The notes beneath the pieces were generated by a model. It was not told the origin of the DNA. It saw only the letters and a program-made list of their open reading frames with translations, and did no database searches. Of a DNA stretch of 64,000 nt, positions 1 to 10,232 are shown in pieces. Position numbers and translations under genes: made by a program. The stretch covers positions 417,555 through 481,554 of the forward strand of contig DASTWV010000059.1 in NCBI GenBank assembly GCA_035765775.1, written 5' to 3'. The DNA comes from Actinomycetota bacterium (GTDB lineage: Bacteria > Actinomycetota > CADDZG01 > JAHWKV01 > JAOPZY01). The stretch's first letter is position 1; each line of letters opens with the position of its first letter.

Positions 1-2035
1 GCACGATGACCGCGGTCTCGTAGGCGAACGCCGGGTCGTAGGCGCGGCAGTTGGGCACCGAGGCGGCGAGGAGGTGCGACTGGCCGTCCTCGTGTTGCAG
101 GCCCTCCCCGTTGAGCGTCGTCCGCCCCGCCGTGCAGCCCAGGAGGAACCCCCGGCCCCGGGCGTCGCCGAAGGCCCAGATGAGGTCGCCGATGCGCTGG
201 AAGCCAAACATCGAGTAGAAGAGGAAGAAGGGCACCATTGGCATGCCGTGGGTGGCGTAGGCGGTGCCCGCCGCCGTGGTGGACGCCATGGATCCCGCCT
301 CGGTGATGCCCTCCTCCAGGATCTGCCCGGTGCGGGCCTCGGTGTAGGAGAGGAGCATGTTGGCGTCCACCGGCTCGTAGCGCTGGCCCTGGGAGGCATA
401 GATCTTGAAGTCCTTGAAGAGGGACTCCATGCCGAAGGTGCGGGCCTCGTCCGGGATGATCGGCACCACGTGGCGGCCGAACTCCTTGTCCCGCATCAGA
501 TCCCGGAGCAGCCGGACGAATGCCATGGTGGTGGAGACCTCCTGGCTCCGGTCCACGGTGCCCGTGTCGAAGGCCTCGAAGACCTTGCCGTCGGGGACAG
601 TGACGCTCACCTTGCGGACGCGGCGCTCGGGCACGAAGCCGCCCAGGGCCTTGCGCCGGTCCCGGAGGTAGACCACCTCGTCGGAGTCCACGCCCGGGTG
701 GAAGAACGGGACCTCGCCGCCGGCGATCTTGCTGGGCGGGATCTCGACCTGGAGGCGCTCGGCGAAGCTGCGCAGCTCCTCCTCGGTCATCTTCTTGATC
801 TGGTGCGTGGCGTTGCGGGCCTCGAACTCGGGGCCGAGGGCCCACCCCTTCACGGTCTTGGCCAGGATGACCGTCGGCGCATCGCGCACCTCGGTGGCCA
901 CCTTGTAGGCGGCGTACACCTTGCGGTAGTCGTGGCCGCCCCGGCGCAGGCGCCAGAGGTCGTCGTCCGAGAGGTGCTCCACCATCCGGCGCAGCCGGGG
1001 GTCGGGGCCGAAGAACCGCTCCCGGATGTAGGACGATCCCGCCTCCACCGAGTAGCTCTGGAACTCGCCGTCGAGCGTGGTGTTCATCTTGTTGACCAGC
1101 ACACCCTCGGCGTCCCGGGCGAGCAGGTCGTCCCACTCCCGCCCCCAGATCACCTTGATCACCTGCCAGCCGGCGCCCCGGAACAGCGACTCCAGCTCCT
1201 GGATGATCTTCCCGTTGCCCCGCACCGGGCCGTCGAGGCGCTGCAGGTTGCAGTTGACGACGAAGATGAGGTTGTCCAGGCCCTCCTGGCCCGCCAGGTG
1301 CAGCGGGCCGGCGCTCTCGGGCTCGTCCATCTCGCCGTCGCCCAGGAACGCCCACACCCGCTGGCCGGAAGTGTCCTTGATGCCCCGGTGCAGCAGGTAG
1401 CGGTTGAAGCGGGCCTGGTAGATGGCGTTGATCCCGGTGAGGCCCATCGACACCGTCGGGAACTCCCAGAACGAGGGCATGAGGCGGGGGTGCGGGTAGG
1501 ACGAGAGCCCGGGCTGCATGGCCTCCCGGCGGAAGTGCTCGAGCTGCTCCTCGGAGATCCGGCCCTCCAGGTACGCCCGGGCGTAGATCCCGGGGGCGGC
1601 GTGGCCCTGGAAGAAGATCTGGTCGCCGCCGCCCGGATGGTCCTTGCCCCGGAAGAAGTGGTTGAAGCCCACCTCGTAGAGCCCGGCGGCAGAGGCGTAG
1701 GTGGCGAGGTGGCCGCCGATGCCGATGTGCAGCTTGTTGGCCCGCAGCACCATGACCGCGGCGTTCCAGCGGATGATGCGCCGGATCGACTGCTCCAGGC
1801 GCTCGTCGCCGGGGAAGTAGGGCTCCTGCTCGGGCGAGATGGTGTTGATGTAGTCGGTCTGCACCATCGACGGGATGCCGATCTGGCGCTGCTGGGCGAG
1901 GTAGAAGATGCGGTGGAGCAGGTACCGGGCGCGAGCACGGCCCTGGTGCTCCAGGACGTCGTTGAGGGCATTCAGCCACTCAGCGGTCTCATCGGGATAC
2001 GGGTCGGGAAGCTGGTCCCGGAAGACGTCGTACAC
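1..2035 (-). CDS. aceE: Pyruvate dehydrogenase E1 component (homodimeric AceE type), N-terminal ~678 aa; C-terminus lies beyond the window start
   Basis: I translated the minus strand myself (it is not in the ORF track because no stop falls in the window). The protein begins [32 protein letters not shown]... and carries AceE hallmarks [27 protein letters not shown] and [23 protein letters not shown] sits 5 nt upstream of the GTG at 2035. Confidence 0.9.
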   Translation of the reverse strand, partial: MYDVFRDQLPDPYPDETAEWLNALNDVLEHQGRARARYLLHRIFYLAQQRQIGIPSMVQTDYINTISPEQEPYFPGDERLEQSIRRIIRWNAAVMVLRANKLHIGIGGHLATYASAAGLYEVGFNHFFRGKDHPGGGDQIFFQGHAAPGIYARAYLEGRISEEQLEHFRREAMQPGLSSYPHPRLMPSFWEFPTVSMGLTGINAIYQARFNRYLLHRGIKDTSGQRVWAFLGDGEMDEPESAGPLHLAGQEGLDNLIFVVNCNLQRLDGPVRGNGKIIQELESLFRGAGWQVIKVIWGREWDDLLARDAEGVLVNKMNTTLDGEFQSYSVEAGSSYIRERFFGPDPRLRRMVEHLSDDDLWRLRRGGHDYRKVYAAYKVATEVRDAPTVILAKTVKGWALGPEFEARNATHQIKKMTEEELRSFAERLQVEIPPSKIAGGEVPFFHPGVDSDEVVYLRDRRKALGGFVPERRVRKVSVTVPDGKVFEAFDTGTVDRSQEVSTTMAFVRLLRDLMRDKEFGRHVVPIIPDEARTFGMESLFKDFKIYASQGQRYEPVDANMLLSYTEARTGQILEEGITEAGSMASTTAAGTAYATHGMPMVPFFLFYSMFGFQRIGDLIWAFGDARGRGFLLGCTAGRTTLNGEGLQHEDGQSHLLAASVPNCRAYDPAFAYETAVIV

Positions 2036-2184
2036 AAATCCTCCTACGAAGGCTGGCCGATGCCCCCTCCCGTCAATGTAGCGCCGAAGCGGCGCGGTGG
2101 GGGCGGATCAGGTTTCGGACCCATGCCCGGCCGGGCGGGCCGGCGGGGCGCAGCGGAGCCTGGCGGCACCGAGCTAAGCGGGCC

Positions 2185-3609
2185 TCAGGCGCCGTGGAGC
2201 TGCTTGCCCGCCAGGTGGAGCATCGTCTCCCCCACCGCCTCGGAGAGCGTCGGGTGCGGGTGCACCAGGGCGGCGACCTCGGCCGGGTAGGCCTCCCAGT
2301 TCACGATGAGCTGGGCTTCGGCGATCAGCTCGGTGACCCGGGGGCCGATCATGTGGACGCCCAGAACCCGGCCCCCCTTCTCGGCCACCGACTTCACGAA
2401 CCCGGCGGGTTCACCCAGGATCGAGGCCTTCCCCGACGCCGCCCAGGCGTAGCGGGCCACTTCCACGTCGAAGCCGGCCGCCTTGGCCTGGGCCTCGGTG
2501 TAGCCCACCGAGGCCATCTCGGGCGACGAGTAGGTGCACCGGGGCACCCCCAGGTAGTCGACGAGGGCGGGGTCGGCCTGGCCGGCGATCTGCTCGGCGA
2601 CGTGGATACCTTCGGCGAAGGCCACGTGGGCCAGCTGGAGATGGGGGATGGGGAGGCCGAGGGACGGCTGGGTGATGAGGTCCCCGATGGCCCAGACGCC
2701 GTCGACGCCGGTCCGGCACCAGTCGTCCACCACCACGTAGCCCCGCTCCAGGCGCACGCCCTGGTCCTCGTAGCCCAGGCCCTCGGACACCGGCCCCCGG
2801 CCGACCGCCACCAGGCACCGCTCGGCGGTGACGGACTTCTCCTGGCCGTCGGCTGCGGCGTAGGTGACCGTGGCGCCGGCGCTGGAGCTGGTGGCCCCGG
2901 TCACTTTGACCCCGGTGATGGAGGTGATGCCCCGCTTGCGGAACTGGCGGGTGAGCTCGGTCGAGACCTCCTCGTCCTCCCCCGGGGCCAGCCGGGGCAG
3001 GGCCTCGAGGATGGTGACGGTCGCCCCGAAGGAGCGGTACAGGCTGGCGAACTCCAGGCCGACGGCCCCCGCCCCGATGACGATCACCGATGCCGGGATG
3101 TCCTCGAGCTTCAGGGCGTGGTCGGAGCTGATGAAGGCGCCGCCGTCGAGAGGAATGGAGGGCAGCGAGCGGGCATAGGAGCCGCTCGCCAGCACGATGG
3201 CCCGGGCATGGAGGGCCTGCTTGCCGCCGGTCCCGTCGACCTCGATGGTGTCCGGGGCCACCAGGACGCCGGATCCGGCGACGGTGGTCACCTTGCGGGC
3301 CTTGATCACCGACTGCAGGCCCTTGTAGAGCTTGGTCACGACGGCCGACTGGTAGCCCAGCACCTTGCCCCAGTCCACCGCCGGCTCGGCCACCAGGACG
3401 CCGAAGTCGCCTGCCCGGCGGATGTTGTCCACCAGCTCGGCGGAGTGCAGCAGGGCCTTTGTCGGGATGCAGCCCCGGTGCAGGCAGGTGCCACCCACCT
3501 TGTCCCGCTCGACCATCGCCACGCTCAGGCCGAGCTGGGCGGCCCGTAGGGCGCAGGCATAGCCGGCGTTGCCGCCGCCCAGAATCGCCACGTCGAGGGG
3601 TTCGCTCAC
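2185..3609 (-). CDS. lpd: Dihydrolipoamide dehydrogenase (E3 component)
   Basis: ORF 2185..3660 has the FAD motif GGGNAGY, the redox-active CLHRGCIP disulfide and an NAD-binding GAGAVGLE. The likely GTG start at 3609 is preceded by GGAG. Confidence 0.9.
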   Translation of the reverse strand: MSEPLDVAILGGGNAGYACALRAAQLGLSVAMVERDKVGGTCLHRGCIPTKALLHSAELVDNIRRAGDFGVLVAEPAVDWGKVLGYQSAVVTKLYKGLQSVIKARKVTTVAGSGVLVAPDTIEVDGTGGKQALHARAIVLASGSYARSLPSIPLDGGAFISSDHALKLEDIPASVIVIGAGAVGLEFASLYRSFGATVTILEALPRLAPGEDEEVSTELTRQFRKRGITSITGVKVTGATSSSAGATVTYAAADGQEKSVTAERCLVAVGRGPVSEGLGYEDQGVRLERGYVVVDDWCRTGVDGVWAIGDLITQPSLGLPIPHLQLAHVAFAEGIHVAEQIAGQADPALVDYLGVPRCTYSSPEMASVGYTEAQAKAAGFDVEVARYAWAASGKASILGEPAGFVKSVAEKGGRVLGVHMIGPRVTELIAEAQLIVNWEAYPAEVAALVHPHPTLSEAVGETMLHLAGKQLHGA

Positions 3610-3701
3610 CGTTGTCCGCTCCGCCTCCCGGCGAGCCTGCCGCTCGCCTCTCGACCCCACTCTACCGGCCGGGCAGACCGCCCCGGCCGTAGCATTCGGG
3701 G

Positions 3702-4904
3702 GTGGGCGTGCTCGAAGTGCCGGTCAAGCGCACCGCGGCCCGGCCGCCGGTGCCCGCCTGGGAGCTGGTTGCGGGGGTGGGCGTCTTCGCCGTCGCCGCG
3801 CTGGCGCTGGCGCTCACCCGCATCCACCTCGCCCACTACCCGGTGGACATGGCGGTCTACCGGGAGGCGGGCCGGGTGGTCCTGCACCACCGGGACCCCT
3901 ACGCCCCCTCATTCGGCCAGGACCTGCGGGTGCCGTTGCCCTTCACGTACCCGCCGTTCGGGGCCCTGGTGGCCGTGCCCCTGGCGCTGCTCCGCCCGGA
4001 CCCTGCGCTCGACGTCTGGACCGCCCTGTCGTTGGCGGTGCTCTTCGGCGTGGCGTGGATCGCCTTCCGGCCGGCCGCCGAGCGCCTCCCCCGCCTGCGG
4101 GGCCTGGCCATCGGGGCGGTGGCTGCGGTCATCGTGTTCACCATCCCGGTGGCCCAGACGATCGCCTTCGGGCAGGTCAACCTGCCCCTGGTGCTTGCGT
4201 GCCTGTACGACTGCACCCGGACCGGCCGGCGGCGGGGCGTCCTGGTGGGGATCGCCGCCGCGGTCAAGCTCACCCCGGGCCTGTTCATCGTCTACTTCGC
4301 CGCCACCCGCCAGTGGGCGGCGGCGCTGCGCGCAGCGGTCACCGCGGTGGTGTGCGAGCTCCTGGCGGCCGCGGTGCTGCCTGGCCCCTCCCGGGAATAT
4401 TGGTTCCACCTGATCTGGGACTCCAAGCGGCCGGGCGACCCGAGCTTCTACACCAACCAGTCCCTGCTCGGTGCCTTCGACCGGCTGCACCTGCCGATCG
4501 CCCTCTGGCTGGCGGTGGCCCTGGCCGTGGCGGGCTACGGGCTCTGGCGGGCGACGGCCGCCCACCGGGCAGGCCAGGAACTGGCGGCGGTCGCCTTGGT
4601 GGGGCTCACGATCCTGCTGATCTCGCCGATCTCCTGGGAGCACCACGGCGTGTGGTTGGTCATCGCCTTCGGGGTGCTGGCGGCGTGGGCGACGACGCCA
4701 GCTGAAGCGGTGGCGGCCCTGGCGGTGGTGGTGGCGTTCCTGATCCCGCTGCCGCTCATCGGCTCCCACCTGGCCGCCGCCCACCGGCCGGCGGTCCTGG
4801 TGGACGTGGTGACGAACGGGTTCACGCTGGCCTGGGGGGCGCTGCTCCTGGCCTTGCCCGCACCCCGCTCGGCCAGTCGCCCGATTGGTAGGCTGGAACG
4901 GTAA
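3702..4904 (+). CDS. Polytopic membrane glycosyltransferase, GT87/DUF2029-like (PimE/MptA-type mannosyltransferase family)
   Basis: 400-aa ORF with multiple hydrophobic helices and a KLTPGLF-type segment typical of actinobacterial GT87 proteins. Transcribed divergently from lpd. Confidence 0.55.
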   Translation: MGVLEVPVKRTAARPPVPAWELVAGVGVFAVAALALALTRIHLAHYPVDMAVYREAGRVVLHHRDPYAPSFGQDLRVPLPFTYPPFGALVAVPLALLRPDPALDVWTALSLAVLFGVAWIAFRPAAERLPRLRGLAIGAVAAVIVFTIPVAQTIAFGQVNLPLVLACLYDCTRTGRRRGVLVGIAAAVKLTPGLFIVYFAATRQWAAALRAAVTAVVCELLAAAVLPGPSREYWFHLIWDSKRPGDPSFYTNQSLLGAFDRLHLPIALWLAVALAVAGYGLWRATAAHRAGQELAAVALVGLTILLISPISWEHHGVWLVIAFGVLAAWATTPAEAVAALAVVVAFLIPLPLIGSHLAAAHRPAVLVDVVTNGFTLAWGALLLALPAPRSASRPIGRLER

Positions 4905-4915
4905 GGAGAAGGCCT

Positions 4916-5197
4916 ATGGGACCGACGGACGCCGGTGCGGACCTCCAGAAGCTCCTTGCCGATCTCGCCGCCAAGGGGTGGAAGCCCGCCCAGGTGGAGG
5001 CGGCCCGGGAGCGGTGGGAGGACGTGTGCCACGACCCCATGCGCCGGGGCCGGGGTGGCCGTGGCCTTCCGGAGAACGAGCCCGCGCCCGCGGGGCCTGC
5101 GCCCTTGAGCCCCATCAAGCCCGACGCCCAGGAACTCATCAGCCGCACGGTGAGCTGGCCGGCCGACGGCGTCGAGGGGCAGCCGCCGACGAACTGA
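4916..5197 (+). CDS. Hypothetical small protein (93 aa)
   Basis: A strong RBS (AAGGAG) lies 7 nt upstream of the ATG at 4916. GC3 is very high across the frame. It ends with TGA at 5195-5197, immediately upstream of the kinase gene. Confidence 0.45.
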   Translation: MGPTDAGADLQKLLADLAAKGWKPAQVEAARERWEDVCHDPMRRGRGGRGLPENEPAPAGPAPLSPIKPDAQELISRTVSWPADGVEGQPPTN

Positions 5198-5241
5198 GCA
5201 ACAACCGCACTGGCGTCTGGTCCCCAGGTGGAGAGGTAGCC

Positions 5242-6696
5242 ATCAGCGCCCCGCTGGACGTCGTCGAGACGCACATCTCCCGGTTGTTCTTCGTCGACGA
5301 CCGCGTCTACAAGCTCAAGAAGCCGATCGTCACCGGCTTCGTCGACTTCTCTTCCGAGGAGGCGCGGCGGCGGGCCTGCGAGCGGGAAGTCGAGCTCAAC
5401 CGCCGGCTAGCCCCCGACGTCTACCTTGGGCTTGCCACAGTGCTCGGGCCCGACGGCGCTACCTGTGAGCACCTGGTCGTGATGCGCCGGCTACCGGGCG
5501 ATCGGCGCCTGTCCAGCCGGGTGACCAACGGCGAGGATGTCCGTGGCGATCTCAATCAGATCGCCGCCGCCCTCGCCCGCTTCCACAGTCAGGCCGCCAC
5601 GTCGGAGGAGATCTCGCGCAGCGGCGAGGCAGGAGCAGTGCTGGGCCGGTGGCGGGCAAACACGGACGAGATGCTCGCGCTCGCCCCCGAGGTCTTGGAT
5701 CGCCGAGCCGTGGGTCGCCTGGACGTGCTGGCTGCCCGGTACATCGCCGGGCGCCACGCGCTGTTTGCGGCCCGCGCCGCCTCCGGGAAGGTGCGCGACG
5801 GCCACGGCGACCTACTCGCCGACGACATCTTCTGCCTCGACGACGGACCGAGGATCATCGACTGCTTGGAGTTCGATGACCGCCTGCGCTACGCCGACGT
5901 GATGGAAGATGTTGCCTTCTTGGCCATGGACCTCGAGCGACTGGGATCGCCGCAGCTGGCCGAGGCCTTCCTCTCCGCCTACCAGCGGGCCGCAGCGGAT
6001 ACGCCGCCGCCCACCCTCCAACACCTGTACATCGCCTACCGGGCGCAGGTCCGGGCCAAAGTCGCCGCCATCCGGGCGGGCCAGGGACTCGGAGGGGCGG
6101 AAGAAGCGAGCCGGCTGCTGGATCAGGCCACAGAGCACCTCCAGGCCGCCCAGGTGCGCATGGTGCTCGTGGGCGGGGCGCCGGGCGTCGGCAAGTCGGT
6201 ACTGTCGGCGGCACTCGGCCAACGCCTGGGGTGGACCGTCCTGCGAAGCGATGCGCTCCGCCAGGAGGTCATCGGGCCACCCGTGCCGGCCGGCTACGGC
6301 GAAGGGCGCTACCAGCCAGCGGCGATCGAGGCGGTGTACGCCGAGCTGCTGCACCGCTCCCGCGCTGCGCTGGCGATGGGTGAGCCCGTCATCCTCGACG
6401 CCAGCTGGCGCCGGCAGGCGCATCGCGACGCTGCCGGCAGGATCGCTGCGGAGACCTCCAGTGATCTGGTGGAGCTACGGTGCGTAGCCCCCTCCGAGCT
6501 GGTGGCCCGCCGGCTGGATCAGCGGTCCGCGAGCGGGCGGGACCTTTCGGAGGCAACGCCCCAGGTTGCCAGGCAGATCGCGGCGGGCACCGATCCGTGG
6601 CCGGCGGCCATCGACGTCGACACGACTGGCACCCCCGAGTCCGGCCTGGAGCACGTGCTCAAGATCCTGGGCCTCCAGCGAGCCGGCAGGCCCTGA
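5242..6696 (+). CDS. Bifunctional aminoglycoside-phosphotransferase-like kinase / P-loop ATP-binding protein (APH-fold N-terminal domain plus AAA_33-like C-terminal kinase domain)
   Basis: N-terminal ETHISRLFFVDDRVYKLKKP and HGDLLADDIF..IDCLEFDD are APH/ChoK-like. The C-terminal GAPGVGKS Walker A plus a DASW Walker B-like segment are P-loop kinase features. No ATG/GTG/TTG is in frame between the upstream stop (5197) and the conserved ETH motif, so the start is uncertain (ATC at about 5242, or a frameshift). Confidence 0.7.
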   Translation: MSAPLDVVETHISRLFFVDDRVYKLKKPIVTGFVDFSSEEARRRACEREVELNRRLAPDVYLGLATVLGPDGATCEHLVVMRRLPGDRRLSSRVTNGEDVRGDLNQIAAALARFHSQAATSEEISRSGEAGAVLGRWRANTDEMLALAPEVLDRRAVGRLDVLAARYIAGRHALFAARAASGKVRDGHGDLLADDIFCLDDGPRIIDCLEFDDRLRYADVMEDVAFLAMDLERLGSPQLAEAFLSAYQRAAADTPPPTLQHLYIAYRAQVRAKVAAIRAGQGLGGAEEASRLLDQATEHLQAAQVRMVLVGGAPGVGKSVLSAALGQRLGWTVLRSDALRQEVIGPPVPAGYGEGRYQPAAIEAVYAELLHRSRAALAMGEPVILDASWRRQAHRDAAGRIAAETSSDLVELRCVAPSELVARRLDQRSASGRDLSEATPQVARQIAAGTDPWPAAIDVDTTGTPESGLEHVLKILGLQRAGRP

Positions 6697-6846
6697 GCCT
6701 CCGGGCCATCCGGCCCTACCGGCGGGCAGCGCCGCAGCGGATGCTCGTCGCATGGAACGAACACCGTACCCCGCCCCGGGCACGGTCGAGCCCGGCACCA
6801 CCGGCGCCCGGACTGCCCCCGGCTTTCCCGCCGCGGCCCCCTTCCG

Positions 6847-7164
6847 ATGAGCGCGAGCCGGCCACACCCCAGCGGCCGGATGGGGGTCACGCTGGTAGGG
6901 CTCGAACTGGGCACCGGCCTGGCGGTCCTGGTCGGCGGTGGCTTCACCTTCACGGCGCTCTGGCAGGGGCACGGGGGCCGGTTCGCCGAGATGCTTTCCC
7001 TTGCCGCCGGGATCGGCATCGTCGCCTTCGAAGGGGCCGAGATGGCCTGGATAGGCTTCCAGCCGCTGCAGGCACTGTTCGCCGGCGTGGGGGTGGCCGT
7101 CGCACTCTTGGCCGTGAGCGGCCGGCGCCAGCGCCGGAGGCTGCACCGGGTCGGCGCGACCTAA
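6847..7164 (+). CDS. Small hydrophobic membrane protein (2-3 TM), hypothetical
   Basis: Plus-strand ORF with TM segments, while the opposite strand carries only an Arg/Pro-rich shadow ORF. The start may instead be the internal Met at about 6880. Confidence 0.35.
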   Translation: MSASRPHPSGRMGVTLVGLELGTGLAVLVGGGFTFTALWQGHGGRFAEMLSLAAGIGIVAFEGAEMAWIGFQPLQALFAGVGVAVALLAVSGRRQRRRLHRVGAT

Positions 7165-7185
7165 GCTGAGCCGGGGGAGCCATGC

Positions 7186-7776
7186 ATGGCGTACTTGGTG
7201 ATGGTCGCGGTGGTCTTCGGCATCAACCTGCTGCCCGCCTTCGGGCCGCCCACCTGGTCGGTCCTTGCCACCTACCGGCTGACCAGCCACCTCAACGGGG
7301 TCGCGCTCGTAGTCCTCGGAGCTGGTGCTGCCGCCTCCGGGCGGCTGGTGCTGGCCCTGGCCACCCGCCGGCTCCGCCCGCGCCTCGGCGGCAAACGGCT
7401 GAAGAACCTGCAGGCGGCAAGCAGCTACCTGACCGCCAGCCGGCGCCGCTCGGTGGTCGGCCTGGTTCTGTTCGCCCTGTCGCCGATCCCGTCGGCCCAG
7501 CTCTTCGAAGCGGCGGGCCTGCTGGATGTGCGGCTCGGGCCGGCGTTGGGTGTGTTCTTTGCCGGGCGCCTGGTCAGCTACTCGCTCTACGTGGGCGGCG
7601 CCTCCGCCCTGCGCGGCACGGCCCTCGGCGACGTGACGGCCGGCTTGCTCACCGGCGGGTGGGGTATCGCTGCCCAGGTCGTCCTCCTGCTGGGCGTCGC
7701 GGCCCTGGTTCAGATCAACCTTGGGAAGCTGATCCAGCGCTGGGAACGCTCCCGCCGGCGCTCCCCCAGCCGGTAG
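7186..7776 (+). CDS. Integral membrane protein (possibly DedA/VTT-like), hypothetical
   Basis: 196 aa with 4-5 hydrophobic helices and a basic C-terminal tail. The only coherent frame here. Confidence 0.5.
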   Translation: MAYLVMVAVVFGINLLPAFGPPTWSVLATYRLTSHLNGVALVVLGAGAAASGRLVLALATRRLRPRLGGKRLKNLQAASSYLTASRRRSVVGLVLFALSPIPSAQLFEAAGLLDVRLGPALGVFFAGRLVSYSLYVGGASALRGTALGDVTAGLLTGGWGIAAQVVLLLGVAALVQINLGKLIQRWERSRRRSPSR

Positions 7777-7826
7777 CATTCCGGAACCCGGGAAGAAGGT
7801 GCGCGCCCACGCCGCGCCCGCTCTAT

Positions 7827-9809
7827 TTAGATCGACCGCTCTGGGACTGCGGAGCTGGCAGGTCGAGGCGCCAGAACGCGAGCGCCTTTGCGGCGCCGGT
7901 CGCGCACGGCGAGGGCCTCCGGATCGGCTTTGCCGTGGCGACCGGCACTGAGCGCCCGCAGGGCATTGGCGATCACCGCCACGTCGATGCCTTCCTGCAG
8001 GAACGCACCCACCACCGGCGCCAGGTACCCAGCGCCGGCGAAGCCCATGGCGACCAGCGACAGCGCCATCCCGGCCAGCACGCTCTGGCGGGCAATGCGG
8101 CACGAGCGGCGGGCGATCAGCAGGGCCTCGACCACACGGCCCAGCCGGTCGACCATGATCACCACGTCGGCCGCTTCGGAGTGAGCCGCCGCCCCCCGAG
8201 CGCCCATCGCGATGCCGACGTCGGCGGCGGCCAGAGCGGCGGCGTCGTTCAGCCCGTCGCCGACCATAAGCACCGGGCCACCCCGGCGAGCCGCCCCAAC
8301 CGCCTCCAGCTTGCCCTCGGGCGAACATCCCGCCCGCACCGAGTCGGCACCCACCGCCGCCCCGATGCGCTCCGATACCCCCGGGCTGTCGCCGGTAAGG
8401 ATGGTCACCGACCTGATGCCGGCGTGACGGAGAGCGCGGATGGTCGCCGCGGCGTCGGCCCGGAGCGGGTCCTCCAGGACCAGCAGCGCAGACGAGCCAG
8501 CTGCCGCCACGCAGACCTCGGAGAGGCCTTCGGCCGTCACCGAGGCGTGAAGCGCCTCCAGGCCGGCCGGGACGCCGCCGGGGAAGACGACCGCCGGCGA
8601 GCCGACCCGTACCGAGCGATCGCCAACGGTGCCCACGATGCCCTGGCCTGGGATCTCGCGGACGCCGGTGGGCTCAGCTAGCGTCGCCCCGGCAGCGCGG
8701 GCGGCGGCAACGATGGCTTCGGCAAACACGTGGGCCGATGCCTGCTCGAGGGAGGCCGCGAGCGCCACCAGCTCCCCCTCCGGCACGTCTCCCACCGCCT
8801 GGACGGCAGTGACCACCGGCTTGCCGGCGGTGATGGTGCCGGTCTTGTCGATCAGGAGTTGGCGGACCCCATCGAGGCCCTCGAGCGCGACCCCGTCCTT
8901 GATGATGATCCCCCGTCGAGCCGCCCGGGACATGCCCGCCTCGAAGGCGATCGGCGCGGCAAGGATCAACGGGCACGGGGTCGCTACGACCAGCACAGCA
9001 AGGGCGCGCAGCGCCTCGCCCGTGATAATCCAGGCCGCCCCGGCCGCGGCCAGCGCCAGCGGCACGAACACGACGGCGTAGCGGTCGGCGAGCCGGACGA
9101 AAGGGGCCTTGGCCGACTCCGCCTGCTGAACCAGGCGCACAATCCCGGCGTAGGTGCTCTGCTCGGAGGTCGCGGTGGCCACCAGGTCAAACGGCGACCC
9201 GGCGTTGGCCGTCCCGCTCCGGACGTCGGCACCCCTGCGGTACTCCACCGGTCGGGCCTCACCGGTCAGGGCGGACTCGTCGACGATGGCGAGCTCGGCA
9301 TCCACCTGCCCGTCCACCGGGACCACCTCGCCGGATCGCACCAGGAGGCGATCGCCCGGGACCACCTCGTTCAGGGGCCGGACCGCGAGTTCGGCACCTT
9401 CATGGCGCTGGACCGTCGTCGGGGCCCGCTGCAGCAGTGCCGAGAGCTCCCGCCGGGCGCGCCGGGAAGCCGCCTCCTCCAGCGCCAGCCCGCCCGAGAG
9501 CATGAGCGCCACGACGGCGGCAGCCAACTCCTCATGGACCGCCAGGCCCCCGACCATCGCCGCAATGGCGATGAGGTCGACGCCAAGCTGGCGGCGGGCC
9601 AGCTTGCGCAGCAGCGACACCGTCACCGGCGCCAGGACCACCACGGTGGAAAGCGCCCAGATGATCCGGCTCGCCGCCGGGCGGGCCGGCCAGGCCAGGG
9701 CACCGGCGACCAGCCCGACGAGGGCGGCCCCAGCCGTCAGGCGGGGCGCCACAGCCCGCCATCGCCGGGCCCAGCCCGCTGGCTCCCGCTCTCCATGCCC
9801 GCCCACCAC
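7827..9809 (-). CDS. Heavy-metal translocating P-type ATPase (P1B type) lacking an N-terminal HMA domain
   Basis: DKTGTIT phosphorylation motif, TPCPL (CPC) in the TM6 region, GDGLNDAAAL and VGDGLND-type hinge, and an actuator TGE motif. Confidence 0.9.
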   Translation of the reverse strand: MVGGHGEREPAGWARRWRAVAPRLTAGAALVGLVAGALAWPARPAASRIIWALSTVVVLAPVTVSLLRKLARRQLGVDLIAIAAMVGGLAVHEELAAAVVALMLSGGLALEEAASRRARRELSALLQRAPTTVQRHEGAELAVRPLNEVVPGDRLLVRSGEVVPVDGQVDAELAIVDESALTGEARPVEYRRGADVRSGTANAGSPFDLVATATSEQSTYAGIVRLVQQAESAKAPFVRLADRYAVVFVPLALAAAGAAWIITGEALRALAVLVVATPCPLILAAPIAFEAGMSRAARRGIIIKDGVALEGLDGVRQLLIDKTGTITAGKPVVTAVQAVGDVPEGELVALAASLEQASAHVFAEAIVAAARAAGATLAEPTGVREIPGQGIVGTVGDRSVRVGSPAVVFPGGVPAGLEALHASVTAEGLSEVCVAAAGSSALLVLEDPLRADAAATIRALRHAGIRSVTILTGDSPGVSERIGAAVGADSVRAGCSPEGKLEAVGAARRGGPVLMVGDGLNDAAALAAADVGIAMGARGAAAHSEAADVVIMVDRLGRVVEALLIARRSCRIARQSVLAGMALSLVAMGFAGAGYLAPVVGAFLQEGIDVAVIANALRALSAGRHGKADPEALAVRDRRRKGARVLAPRPASSAVPERSI

Positions 9810-9814
9810 GTTGC

Positions 9815-10087
9815 CTAGGTCTCCGGGGTCCGGCGACCGGTGAGCTCGTCGCTCCCGCGGGCGCCGCAGAGCGGCCGGCTCTTATCGACCTCCACCACCG
9901 CCACCGGAGTTCCTCCGGGCAGCCGGCCGAGCATCGACTCGGCGGCGGTGTAGAACACAACCAGCTCGCGATCGCGATCGGGCAGGTAGTAGACCGGGCG
10001 GATCTGCGCGCCGCCGTCCTCGGTCGGGCTGTTCCCAGTCGTTTCCCTCGTTGGGGACTTTCTCCTGCCTGGGACCGGCGATTTCAC
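9815..10087 (-). CDS. Possible small ORF upstream of the ATPase (coding-like GC3 only in its distal ~50 codons)
   Basis: It is in the ORF track, but the ATG-proximal part looks non-coding and the only in-frame GTG gives about 46 aa. It may instead be leader/UTR of the ATPase gene. Confidence 0.2.
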   Translation of the reverse strand: MKSPVPGRRKSPTRETTGNSPTEDGGAQIRPVYYLPDRDRELVVFYTAAESMLGRLPGGTPVAVVEVDKSRPLCGARGSDELTGRRTPET

Positions 10088-10232
10088 CCATCGAGCATGC
10101 GCCTCGGAACCGGGGCTGGGTCAGTGCCGCCCGGCCTGCTCGCACTGGTCCACATGGGCTCCCTGTACCCCTGCCGGGAGGAAGGAGTTCCAACGTAGAA
10201 ACCTGGGTCGTGCAGCCGGCCCGCCAGCCGAG

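Noticed and set aside
74-2290. 738-aa plus-strand ORF rich in Arg/Gly/Ala/Pro covering the aceE region
   Set aside because: It is the antisense shadow of the genuine minus-strand aceE frame and has no protein-like motifs. The minus-strand translation gives unmistakable pyruvate dehydrogenase E1 sequence.
6475-8328. 617-aa minus-strand ORF (Arg/Pro/Gly-rich) overlapping several plus-strand genes and the 3' end of the ATPase
   Set aside because: The composition is typical of out-of-frame high-GC DNA. Plus-strand membrane-protein frames and the ATPase frame are coherent instead.
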